Assembly (NCBI GenBank): GCA_964465435.1
Contig: CAYXKO010000001.1
Span: forward strand, 1 to 31,200
From: an uncultured Saprospiraceae bacterium
GTDB taxonomy: Bacteria > Bacteroidota > Bacteroidia > Chitinophagales > Saprospiraceae
DNA length: 31,200 bases
Reading direction: 5' to 3'
Shown: positions 1 to 8,323 of the stretch, piece by piece
Layout of the letters: the number at the start of each line of letters is the position of its first letter
Numbering within the stretch: the first letter of the stretch is position 1
The notes under the pieces: model-generated
Told to the model about the DNA's origin: nothing
The model's input: the letters and a program-made list of their open reading frames with translations, nothing else
The model's database searches: none
Translations under genes and position numbers: made by a program

Positions 1-363
1 GGTTTTCTTTTTGGATCCCTGGATGGTGGTGCGACGGTACACGCCGAGCCTCATTATTCTGAGCCGGGAATCCTTGATCTCTTCCAGAATGTCTGGTGTT
101 TGATCCTCTGACTGATCGTCCACGACAATCAGCTCAAAAAGACCGGATGGGTAGTTTTGATTCAGGATCGAAGTTACACATTCCAAAATATGCTCTTCTT
201 CGTTTCTGGCAGCAACCACCACACTCACCCGGGTGCTTGGTTTTTTTTCTGAATCTGTGGGGTTAAAATAGGGAATCAGGCGCCATTGCCTAAAAATAAT
301 GCCCAAAAGAACTAGGTATGCAAGGCTTAAGGTTCCGGTAAAAATGAAATAGTTGAGCAGCAA
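1..363 (-). CDS. Glycosyltransferase family 2 (GT-A), N-terminal part, runs off the window start
   Basis: Not in the ORF track; my manual translation from TTG at 363 gives LLNYFIFTGTLSLAYLVLLGIIF (TM anchor) ... RVSVVVAARNEEEHILECVTSILNQNYPSGLFELIVVDDQSEDQT, the classic GT2 signature (SVVVAARNE, ELIVVDDxSxD). The frame is open to position 1 and closed upstream by TAA at 373-375. Confidence 0.9.
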   Translation of the reverse strand, partial: MLLNYFIFTGTLSLAYLVLLGIIFRQWRLIPYFNPTDSEKKPSTRVSVVVAARNEEEHILECVTSILNQNYPSGLFELIVVDDQSEDQTPDILEEIKDSRLRIMRLGVYRRTTIQGSKKKT

Positions 364-372
364 AACTGATGG

Positions 373-852
373 TTATTCAAAAAGATCATCGTATGTGGAA
401 AGGAGCTTTTCGCTCTCCTTTCTTCGGATCTCTGCCTGGGGCGGCGTTTCCTTTTTTTCGACGACCTCCTCATACTCGCTATAGCTTTCATTGGCAGGGA
501 TGCTGCCCAGATCATCCTTGAAAGTGCCGAATTTTCTGAAAGCCCAGGCCTTGAATATCAAACCAATAGCCACCATGGGCAGGGCAATGATCTGCAGTCC
601 TACCGTAAGGATGCCCCCGATAAAACTATATTGGAATGACCTTTGGATCACCTTGATGTGGTGGATGATCACCTTGTGGTACAAGACCACAGCGATCAGA
701 AGAAACACAGGACTGAGAAAGTACAACAGGCGGTACACGTGGTAGAACAGGTAGAATAACAACCCTACCACCAGGAGGAGAGAGATCAACCCCAGGAGTC
801 TCTGGAAAATATTCCTTCCGGAGCTCATTACGAAAATTCTGTTTTGGATCAT
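373..852 (-). CDS. Hypothetical membrane protein (about 3 TM helices plus acidic/charged C-tail)
   Basis: ORF 373..894 has hydrophobic segments and ends ...LLSTYDDLFE. Start moved to ATG 852 (or 828) because a Bacteroidota promoter lies at 864-895, inside the ORF-track 5' end. Confidence 0.7.
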   Translation of the reverse strand: MIQNRIFVMSSGRNIFQRLLGLISLLLVVGLLFYLFYHVYRLLYFLSPVFLLIAVVLYHKVIIHHIKVIQRSFQYSFIGGILTVGLQIIALPMVAIGLIFKAWAFRKFGTFKDDLGSIPANESYSEYEEVVEKKETPPQAEIRRKESEKLLSTYDDLFE

Positions 853-863
853 GTTCAGAGGAG

Positions 864-895
864 CAAATTTAGAAATAGAATATATATTAAACAAA
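864..895 (-). promoter_or_regulatory. Bacteroidota housekeeping promoter TTTG-N20-TAAATTTG (-33/-7)
   Basis: Minus strand: TTTG at 895-892, 20-nt spacer, TAAATTTG at 871-864. This matches the TTTG-N19-21-TAnnTTTG consensus in an AT-rich intergenic region. Confidence 0.75.
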
Positions 896-983
896 TAAAT
901 AATGTGTTAATATCCCTTTTGCCCGGAGAAAGACCGATCAATCAAACCTGGACGTATACGAGAAGGATAAAAACAAGCATTAC

Positions 984-2747
984 TTATGCCTGAACATAGT
1001 GAAAATGGGATTCGTACAATTCTTTGAAATAACCATCCGGGATGGATAAAAGTTCCTGTTGGGTACCGCTTTCTTTGATTTCACCCTTTTCGAGGTAAAT
1101 AATCTGGTCTGCGTTGCGGATGGTGGACAGCCGGTGTGCGATGAGGATGGAACTTCGTCCCGCAATTAGTTTGGGAATGGCTTCCTGAATCAGCTTTTCG
1201 GTCTGGGTGTCGATGGAGGAGGTGGCTTCGTCCAGGACCAAAATATCGGGTTCATACACGAGAGCCCTGACAAAAGAGATCAGCTGGCGCTGGCCCATGG
1301 ACAGATTTGCCCCCCTTTCGGCCACCCTGAAGTGGTAGCCACCCGGCAGTTTTTGAATAAATTCGTCAGCGCCAATGGATCGGGCAGCCTTTTGCAAGGT
1401 ATCCAGACTGATTTCCGGATTGTTGAGGCTGATGTTTTCTGCGATGGTACCCTGGAAGAGGAAAACGTCCTGCAGTACGAAACCGATCCTGCTGCGCAGG
1501 ACCGGGAGTGGAAACACCCTCAGATCTTTTCCATCCAGCAGGATTCGGCCGCCTGAGATTTCATACAGACGGTTGAGTATGCTGATGATGCTGGTTTTAC
1601 CGGATCCCGTTGGTCCCACGATGGCCAGGGACTGGCCAGGTTCGACCCTGAAGCTGATTCCTTTCAATACGGGAGTCAATCCGTCATAGGAAAACTCGAC
1701 TTTTTGAAACTCTATTTCGCCTGAAAGGCGTTCCTTCCCCGTGTATTCCCCAACAGCTTCGTTTTCTTCGAGGTCCAAAATGTGAAAGACCCTGCCGGCT
1801 GCGATAAGACCCATTTGAAGGGTATTGAACTTGTCTGCAAGCATGCGCACGGGTTGAAACAAACGGGACAAAAACATGGGAAAGGCAACCAACTGCCCAA
1901 CGGTCACATTTCCCTCCAGAGCCCCCTGCGCACCCCACCAGATCATAAATCCCAGAGAGGCGGCAGAAATGATCTCGACCACCGGAAAAAAGACGGCATA
2001 GGCAAAAATTCCGTCCAGATTGGCCTGGGTATATTCCCGGTTGATTTCCCGAAATTTTTGTGCTACCTTTTTCTCCGCGGCGAAGATCTGAACGATTCTC
2101 ATGCCGCTGATGTGTTCCTGCAGGAAAGAATTCATCCTGGCCACCTCATTTCTTACTCTCTGATAGGAAGCCTTGACTGACTCTTTGAATATATAGCTGG
2201 CGATGAGCAATAGCGGAAAACTGACCAGGGATATCAGGGTCAGCTTGACACTGGTATAAAACATGAGTCCCAGCACCATCACCAGACTCAGAATGTCCGC
2301 CACAATGGTGATGAGGCCTTCAGAAAATACGACCTGCACAGATTCCAGATCGTTGATGGTCCTGGTCGTGTTAGTTCCTACGGCAGTCTTGTCAAAATAG
2401 GCCAACCTGAAAGAGAGAATTTTACTGAACACCCTGATGCGGATGTCGCGCACCACGTATTGTCCGAGGCGGTTGGTCAATATGGCAAAATAGTAACGAA
2501 GCAGGGTGGTAGCCACAAGCACTCCCAGGAAGATCAGGGCCATTCTCTGAAGGCCTGGCAGGTCTGACTTCATGATGTGTTCGTCCACCATCAGGTGGGT
2601 CAGGTAAGGCGTGATCGATCCAAGAGGGGCAAGTGCCAGGGCTAATACGGTGCTGAAGCTCAAGATGCCCAGATAGGGCCCGGTGAAAGCAAAAAGCCTT
2701 TTCAGGATACTGAGGCCAGATGCGGGAGTTGCTGAAGAAACGCTCAT
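984..2747 (-). CDS. ABC transporter, fused permease plus ATP-binding (MdlB/multidrug exporter-like)
   Basis: N-terminal ABC membrane domain, Walker A GPTGSGKT, Q-loop FVLQD, signature LSMGQRQ, Walker B ILVLDEATS, H-loop IAHRLST. Start set at ATG 2747 because the ORF-track TTG at 2756 lies inside the -7 element. Confidence 0.93.
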   Translation of the reverse strand: MSVSSATPASGLSILKRLFAFTGPYLGILSFSTVLALALAPLGSITPYLTHLMVDEHIMKSDLPGLQRMALIFLGVLVATTLLRYYFAILTNRLGQYVVRDIRIRVFSKILSFRLAYFDKTAVGTNTTRTINDLESVQVVFSEGLITIVADILSLVMVLGLMFYTSVKLTLISLVSFPLLLIASYIFKESVKASYQRVRNEVARMNSFLQEHISGMRIVQIFAAEKKVAQKFREINREYTQANLDGIFAYAVFFPVVEIISAASLGFMIWWGAQGALEGNVTVGQLVAFPMFLSRLFQPVRMLADKFNTLQMGLIAAGRVFHILDLEENEAVGEYTGKERLSGEIEFQKVEFSYDGLTPVLKGISFRVEPGQSLAIVGPTGSGKTSIISILNRLYEISGGRILLDGKDLRVFPLPVLRSRIGFVLQDVFLFQGTIAENISLNNPEISLDTLQKAARSIGADEFIQKLPGGYHFRVAERGANLSMGQRQLISFVRALVYEPDILVLDEATSSIDTQTEKLIQEAIPKLIAGRSSILIAHRLSTIRNADQIIYLEKGEIKESGTQQELLSIPDGYFKELYESHFHYVQA

Positions 2748-2753
2748 CTCTTG

Positions 2754-2761
2754 CAAAGGTA
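2754..2761 (-). promoter_or_regulatory. -7 element TACCTTTG upstream of the ABC transporter
   Basis: Exact TAnnTTTG ending 6 nt before ATG 2747. No clear -33 TTTG. Confidence 0.55.
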
Positions 2762-2921
2762 GGCCTAATTTACAATCAGGAGTCCTTAACCTGGCTTATG
2801 AAATTGGGAATAACTCCGGTTTTTTAGGAATAAAAGCTTTTTACATTCAGTACCAAGAGCGCAAAATTCTACGGGTGATTTGGCTCTGATCCTGAAAAGG
2901 AACCGCTCTGATTAATTTCGT

Positions 2922-3620
2922 CTACATTCTCCCCTCGTCGGCATAGCTGTAATAACCGCGATCCGAAATGATCAGGTGGTCCAGGACCCTGATGTCTAAA
3001 GAATCTCCGGCCATTCTTGCCTTACGGGTAATCTCATCATCTGCCTGGCTGGGCTGGAGATTGCCGGAGGGGTGGTTGTGAGACAAAATGATGCCCGTGG
3101 CACCCAGCTCCAAGGCCCTGCGGAAGATAACGCGCACGTCCACTACGGTGCCGGTGAGTCCTCCGCTGCTGATGCGCTCGGTGCAAAGTTCCCCATTTGC
3201 CCGGTTGAGGAAGAGGACCCAGCACTGTTCTTCCCTTAGGTCTTCCAAACGAAATCTCAGGATCTCGTAAGCATCCTTGCTGGTCTTGAGGAAACGGCGC
3301 TCAGGTGACTCACTTTGGGGCCTTCTTCTGGCAAGCTCCAGTGCAGCTTCGATGGTGATTGCCTTTGCCAGGCCCACGCCCCGGAATTGTCTGAGCCGGG
3401 TAAGGCCAAGTTTGGACAGTTCCAGAAGGTTGTTCTGGCAGCTGTCGAGTATTCTCCGGGCAAGGTCTACCGCAGTTTCATGGCGGTTGCCCGATCCAAT
3501 AAGGATGGCAAGCAATTCTGCGTTGCTCAGTGCTTCCTTGCCTTTTGAGGCAAGTTTTTCGCGCGGGCGATCGTCCTCAGCCCATTCCTTGATAGGTTTG
3601 GTGGGTGTAATCAGTGTCAT
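2922..3620 (-). CDS. radC: RadC family protein (HhH N-terminus plus JAB/MPN domain)
   Basis: DDRPREKL..KG.EALSNAELLAILIGSG N-terminus, JAB motif LSHNHPSGNLQPSQAD, and LDHLII; full-length (232 aa) chromosomal type. Confidence 0.95.
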   Translation of the reverse strand: MTLITPTKPIKEWAEDDRPREKLASKGKEALSNAELLAILIGSGNRHETAVDLARRILDSCQNNLLELSKLGLTRLRQFRGVGLAKAITIEAALELARRRPQSESPERRFLKTSKDAYEILRFRLEDLREEQCWVLFLNRANGELCTERISSGGLTGTVVDVRVIFRRALELGATGIILSHNHPSGNLQPSQADDEITRKARMAGDSLDIRVLDHLIISDRGYYSYADEGRM

Positions 3621-3638
3621 AGATCCGGGTGTTAAATT

Positions 3639-5204
3639 TCATCGTATGTGTAATTGGCTTGTAAAGGTTTCCTGGCCCGATACAAGCTGAAGCAGGTATT
3701 GACCGGTTGGCATGGAGGGTAGTTTTATGGTAATTTCCCCGGTTCCGGCGGGTTCCAGAATCCTGGTATGAAACTCCCTGCCCTGAAGGTCCACGATTTT
3801 CAGGATACTTCCCTGCCTTATTGCCTTATTAAGTCGGAGATTCAATTCGTCTTTTGCGGGATTGGGATAAATGATCAGGTCTTGTACGAATGGAGTGGGA
3901 ATATATCCGGAGGGTCCTTCCACCCTGAGTTTATAAAGTTCAACACCCAATTCCGGTGTGTAACGAGAAAATATCAGGTGATTGGGTATGGTGTTCATGA
4001 CAGTAGGTCTGAATCTGCCACCGAAATCAGAAAATTTGCGGGCGGTCAGGCTGTCTTTGTGAAATGTGAAGATCTCCTTGATCTGCGAACTGTTTTCGGT
4101 CAGAAAGTAAATGTAGTCTCCCAGAATTTGGATATTCGTTTCTGAAAGCACGGTGGTTTGCCAACCGGAGACCTTTTTGGTCCCTGCTGGGGTGCCATCC
4201 GTGACACCAAGGAAATTTTGAAGGTTGGTTTCCTTGATGTAATAATAAAATTTGCCATCCGAGGTCTTTGTATCCGTGTTTGCAATGAGGGCTGTGGTCA
4301 GCTGCTCCAGTTTGGAGTTTTTCGGATCGAAGGCATATAAATGACTTCCGCTCTGGATCAGATATTGATTTCCGAGCCTATACAGCTGTAGTCTGTTGAA
4401 TGTGCTAAACTCAGGCAAGGACAGGTTTTTGACCAGTTCGTATTTTTCATTAAGCAAAAGGGTGCTCATCCCTCCCTTTGTATTGGCGCCGGTTACGATC
4501 ATCAGGGAATCCAGGCCGAAGGCTCCGGTTACGGTTGAAAATTCGTCCACATTATTCAGCAGCAGATGATCCAGCAAAGAACGAGTGCCCGAGATTGTGC
4601 CGTCGGTTGCCAGAGGTTCCATCTTGGAATTATTGCTGAAATCGTAGATCAGGGTTTTTCCCTGAAATTCGGAAACCATGTACGTATTGGGGGAACTGGT
4701 GATGAGGTCTCTGATTTTAAAGGTTCCCGCCTGACTGCCATCACTGACCCAAAGCTGATCTGGGGAGCTCAGCATGGCCTGGCTTTTGATGAACATTAAA
4801 ATGCGGTTAGAATCAAGCCTGGCCATCTGGGTGGGGATAATGGATTCCAGCCCGATGATGTTTCGGGTACCTGCCTGGGTGCCGTCCGTTACGTACAAGG
4901 CCTTGACAAAAGTGAATCCCTGAAAAAAAAGCTTTTTGCCGGTATGGGTCAGGAAATCAAAATCCGTAACCAGCGAAAGCCCGGGAAATGGATTGGTACC
5001 TGCATTGCTCCCATCAGAGACCCACAGGGTACCGGCGGTATTGGGTTTATCCACACCATGAAAATAAAGTCTGTCCCGAAAGCTTATGTTTTTGGAAGAA
5101 AGGATGCCGATCTCACTGCCGGCATTGATGTCCTTGACGATTTCCTGAGTCTGCCCGGTGGTCCAGCTTAACCACGCCAGAGCCAATACAATTTGCTTTT
5201 TCAT
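3639..5204 (-). CDS. T9SS type A cargo with ELWxxDGT-like beta-propeller repeats
   Basis: Signal peptide; five S/TDG(S/T)xxGT repeats (LWVSDGSNAGT, LYVTDGTQAGT, LWVSDGSQAGT, LATDGTISGT, LGVTDGTPAGT) plus TPELGVELY; C-terminal IYPNPAKDEL...IVDLQGRE...LPTGQYLLQL T9SS-A sorting domain. Confidence 0.85.
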   Translation of the reverse strand: MKKQIVLALAWLSWTTGQTQEIVKDINAGSEIGILSSKNISFRDRLYFHGVDKPNTAGTLWVSDGSNAGTNPFPGLSLVTDFDFLTHTGKKLFFQGFTFVKALYVTDGTQAGTRNIIGLESIIPTQMARLDSNRILMFIKSQAMLSSPDQLWVSDGSQAGTFKIRDLITSSPNTYMVSEFQGKTLIYDFSNNSKMEPLATDGTISGTRSLLDHLLLNNVDEFSTVTGAFGLDSLMIVTGANTKGGMSTLLLNEKYELVKNLSLPEFSTFNRLQLYRLGNQYLIQSGSHLYAFDPKNSKLEQLTTALIANTDTKTSDGKFYYYIKETNLQNFLGVTDGTPAGTKKVSGWQTTVLSETNIQILGDYIYFLTENSSQIKEIFTFHKDSLTARKFSDFGGRFRPTVMNTIPNHLIFSRYTPELGVELYKLRVEGPSGYIPTPFVQDLIIYPNPAKDELNLRLNKAIRQGSILKIVDLQGREFHTRILEPAGTGEITIKLPSMPTGQYLLQLVSGQETFTSQLHIR

Positions 5205-5208
5205 AAAG

Positions 5209-5216
5209 CAAATCTA
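5209..5216 (-). promoter_or_regulatory. -7 element TAGATTTG, 4 nt before the ATG of the T9SS cargo gene
   Basis: Minus strand reads TAGATTTG-CTTT-ATG within a 22-nt intergenic gap. Confidence 0.5.
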
Positions 5217-5226
5217 AAACAATGGA

Positions 5227-6369
5227 TCAATTTGCCAAAGCCTGGCGCAAATCTTCTATCAGGTCAGAAACGTCTTCAATTCCCACGCTCAGGCGCATCA
5301 GAGAATCTGTCAGGCCGCTTTTTTCGCGTTCTGATTTAGGCAGGGATGCGTGGGTCATCGAAGCCGGGTGGCCGATCAGGGATTCCACCCCGCCCAGGGA
5401 TTCAGCACATGCAAACAGTTTTGTCCTGGAGAGAACTATGCGGGCTTCCTCCTCGCTTCCGCCTTTGAGATCAAAGGATACCATGCCGCCAAAATCGCGC
5501 ATCTGTTTTTTGGCAATTTCGTGACCGGGATGTTCTTTAAATCCCGGATATAAAACCCTGGAAACTCTTGGATGGGACTTTAAAAAGGAAGCGATCTCGC
5601 GGGCATTTTCACAAGCCCTCTGAACCCTGACGTGGAGGGTTTTGATCCCCCTCAGTACCAAAAAGCAATCCATGGGTCCCGGAACGGCTCCGGTGGCATT
5701 CTGGATAAAATAAAGCTGCTGGGCAAGTTCCTTGTTTTGGGTCACCACGGCTCCATGCACGACATCGGAATGTCCGCCCAGGTATTTGGTGGCTGAATGC
5801 AAAACCAGGTCCGCTCCCAGGTCGAGTGGATTTTGCAGATAGGGCGAAGCGAAGGTATTGTCTACACAGACGAGGATGCCTTTTTTGCGGGCGATTTTGC
5901 AAATCGCCTCAATATCAACGATATTCAGCAAAGGATTGGTTGGCGTCTCGACCCAGATAATCCGTGTGTTGGGTTCGATGGACGATTCAACAAAAGCGGG
6001 ATCCTGCATGGGTATCAGCTTGTTGCTGATCCCAAATTGTTTGAACACCCGATCCAGCAGGCGGAAGGAACCACCATACATATCGTTGCTGGCCAGGACC
6101 CCATCCCCTGATTTCAGTAATTTGACAATTGCGTCCATGGCAGCAAGTCCGCTTCCAAAACATATGGCATCCGTGCCATTTTCAAGAGCAGCCAGGCTGG
6201 CCTGCAGGGCAGTGCGCGTGGGATTCTGGGTACGGGCATACTCGTAACCCTTGTGGTGGCCCGGACCATCCTGCACATAGGTGGAGGTCTGAAAAATGGG
6301 CGTCATGATGGCCCCTGTAGACGGATCCGGATCCACACCTGCGTGGATCAATTTGGTATTGAATTTCAT
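5227..6369 (-). CDS. Cystathionine gamma-synthase/gamma-lyase (Cys/Met metabolism PLP enzyme, MetB/MccB-like)
   Basis: [44 protein letters not shown]-lysine motif [21 protein letters not shown]. Synthase and lyase cannot be told apart by eye. Confidence 0.93.
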   Translation of the reverse strand: MKFNTKLIHAGVDPDPSTGAIMTPIFQTSTYVQDGPGHHKGYEYARTQNPTRTALQASLAALENGTDAICFGSGLAAMDAIVKLLKSGDGVLASNDMYGGSFRLLDRVFKQFGISNKLIPMQDPAFVESSIEPNTRIIWVETPTNPLLNIVDIEAICKIARKKGILVCVDNTFASPYLQNPLDLGADLVLHSATKYLGGHSDVVHGAVVTQNKELAQQLYFIQNATGAVPGPMDCFLVLRGIKTLHVRVQRACENAREIASFLKSHPRVSRVLYPGFKEHPGHEIAKKQMRDFGGMVSFDLKGGSEEEARIVLSRTKLFACAESLGGVESLIGHPASMTHASLPKSEREKSGLTDSLMRLSVGIEDVSDLIEDLRQALAN

Positions 6370-6381
6370 TTGCAGACTAAA

Positions 6382-7338
6382 TTATCTTGAAAGTACTTTT
6401 TTAACGGCCAGCAGCACGTCTTTGACCCCCAGACCATATTTTTCCAGGAGGTCGGTAGGTTTTCCGCTTTCTCCGAAGCGGTCGTTTACGGCCACGTATT
6501 CCATGGGCTTGGGAAGCTGTTGGGCCAGGAGTTGTGCAATGCTGTCACCCAGGCCACCATGTCTCTGGTGTTCTTCGCAGCTGACCACCCGGCCGGTACG
6601 GGATACCGACTCCAAAATGGCCTCGCTGTCCAACGGCTTGATCGTATGAATATTAATCAGCTCGCAATCAATTCCTTCGGATTCCAGTTGCCTGACCGCC
6701 TCCAGGGCTTGCCATAGCATATGTCCTGTGGCAAAAATGCTTACATCCCTTCCTTTTTTGAGGCATATGGCCTTGCCGATCTCAAAGGGCAGATTTTCCA
6801 TAAAAACGGGCCAGTCGGGACGTCCGAACCTGAGGTAAACGGGTCCCTTCCAGTCAGCAATGGCAGCAGCGGCGGCCTTGGTTTGTGCATAATCGGCCGG
6901 ATTGATCACGGTCATACCCGGCAACATTTTCATAAGTCCAATGTCTTCCAGGATCTGATGGGTCGCACCGTCCTCGCCCAGGGTCAGGCCGGCGTGGGAG
7001 GCACAGATCTTGACGTTTTTTTCTGAATAGGCGACGGATTGTCTTATCTGGTCAAAAACCCTGCCCGTTGAAAAATTGGCAAAGGTCCCGGTAAATGGGA
7101 TCAGACCTGTGGTGGCCATTCCTGCTGCGATCCCGATCATGTTGGCTTCTGCCACGCCCACCTGGGTGAAGCGTTCGGGAAACTCATTTTCAAAAAGATC
7201 CATCTTGAGGCTTCCCGCAAGGTCGGCGCAAAGAGCTACGACCTTAGGGTTTTTTCGGGCGGCCTCGAGCAATCCGTCTCCGAAGCCATTTCGGGTGGCT
7301 TTCTTGCCCGTACTTTGATATTTATCCCAGTGACTCAT
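6382..7338 (-). CDS. tkt: Transketolase, C-terminal subunit (pyrimidine-binding plus C domain)
   Basis: [56 protein letters not shown]; immediately follows the N-terminal subunit. Confidence 0.93.
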   Translation of the reverse strand: MSHWDKYQSTGKKATRNGFGDGLLEAARKNPKVVALCADLAGSLKMDLFENEFPERFTQVGVAEANMIGIAAGMATTGLIPFTGTFANFSTGRVFDQIRQSVAYSEKNVKICASHAGLTLGEDGATHQILEDIGLMKMLPGMTVINPADYAQTKAAAAAIADWKGPVYLRFGRPDWPVFMENLPFEIGKAICLKKGRDVSIFATGHMLWQALEAVRQLESEGIDCELINIHTIKPLDSEAILESVSRTGRVVSCEEHQRHGGLGDSIAQLLAQQLPKPMEYVAVNDRFGESGKPTDLLEKYGLGVKDVLLAVKKVLSR

Positions 7339-7341
7339 GTT

Positions 7342-8184
7342 CTAAAAATCTCCTAAGGTTTCTTCCAATTGTGACAATGCAAGTGCGGCCTGCTCATCGT
7401 TGGGTGCGACTCCGTGCCATTTGTGGGTACCCATCATAAAGTCAACTCCGAATCCCATTTCAGTTTTCATCAAGATAACAATGGGCTTTCCGTTGCCGGT
7501 CCTGCTGATGGCGGTCTCAAGTACCTTGAGCACTTCCTCCATGCTGTTTCCATTCATATGCAAAACATCCCATCCGAAGGCCCGCCATTTGGCATCCAGA
7601 TCTCCCAGGGACATGACCTTGTCATTGCTGCCGTCAATTTGCTGGCCGTTCCAGTCTACAGTGGCAATGAGTTTATCCAGTTTGTAATGTGCTGCTGCCA
7701 TGATGGCTTCCCAGTTTTGGCCCTCCTGCAATTCCCCATCTCCCGTGAGCACGTAAACCAGGCAGTCATCTTTCTGGGCTCTTTTTCCCAGGGCTGCACC
7801 TACGGCCACGCTGAGTCCTTGACCCAGGGAACCGCTTGCGATCCGCACTCCGGGTAATCCTTCGTGAGTGGCCGGATGCCCCTGCAACCGCGAGTTCAAT
7901 TGCCGGAAAGTGTTTAGCTCTGATACCGGAAAATGGCCGCTCCGGGCAAGAACGCTGTAAAACAAGGGGGAAATATGCCCGTTGGACAAAAAGAACAGGT
8001 CCTCATCCGTGCCTTCCATGCTGAATGGAAGCTTATACCTCATAAACTGAAAATACAGGGCGGTTAGGAAATCGGCACATCCCAGGGACCCGCCCGGATG
8101 ACCGCTTTTGGCCATCCAGGTCTGCCGGATGACATCTCTCCTGACCTGAGCGGCAATTTTTTTGAGTTCGGCTATCGTCTTCAT
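7342..8184 (-). CDS. tkt: Transketolase, N-terminal (ThDP-binding) subunit
   Basis: SGHPGGSLG, FFLSNGHISP, RLQGHP, GSLGQGLSVAVG, ThDP motif GDGELQEG...NGQQIDG. Start ATG 8184 (MKTIAELKK) lies just downstream of a -7 element. Confidence 0.93.
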   Translation of the reverse strand: MKTIAELKKIAAQVRRDVIRQTWMAKSGHPGGSLGCADFLTALYFQFMRYKLPFSMEGTDEDLFFLSNGHISPLFYSVLARSGHFPVSELNTFRQLNSRLQGHPATHEGLPGVRIASGSLGQGLSVAVGAALGKRAQKDDCLVYVLTGDGELQEGQNWEAIMAAAHYKLDKLIATVDWNGQQIDGSNDKVMSLGDLDAKWRAFGWDVLHMNGNSMEEVLKVLETAISRTGNGKPIVILMKTEMGFGVDFMMGTHKWHGVAPNDEQAALALSQLEETLGDF

Positions 8185-8195
8185 AAGATCAGGCC

Positions 8196-8229
8196 CAAAG
8201 GTAGGGATTAAAAAGGCATGGGCTGCAAA
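8196..8229 (-). promoter_or_regulatory. Bacteroidota promoter TTTG-N22-TACCTTTG for the tkt/tkt/cystathionine operon
   Basis: TACCTTTG at 8203-8196 and TTTG at 8229-8226 (spacer slightly long); 11 nt to ATG 8184. Confidence 0.6.
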
Positions 8230-8323
8230 CATATATGAATTTGTTTTCACGCATGCCTTCTGAAACTGACCCTTGCCCTCCTGATTCGGAAAATCAAATT
8301 AATTTCACGCTAAATACAGATTC

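Noticed and set aside
241-248. Homopolymer tracts as phase-variation switches (A8 in the GT2 at 241-248, A8 at 4923-4930, T9 in lpxH at 29665-29673)
   Set aside because: They are short, in frame and encode ordinary Lys/Phe runs; A/T tracts of 8-9 nt are common and there is no frameshift.
2922-3620. radC as a marker of a mobile element or anti-restriction island
   Set aside because: It is the full-length HhH+JAB chromosomal form among housekeeping genes, with no integrase, relaxase, att-like repeats or compositional shift nearby.
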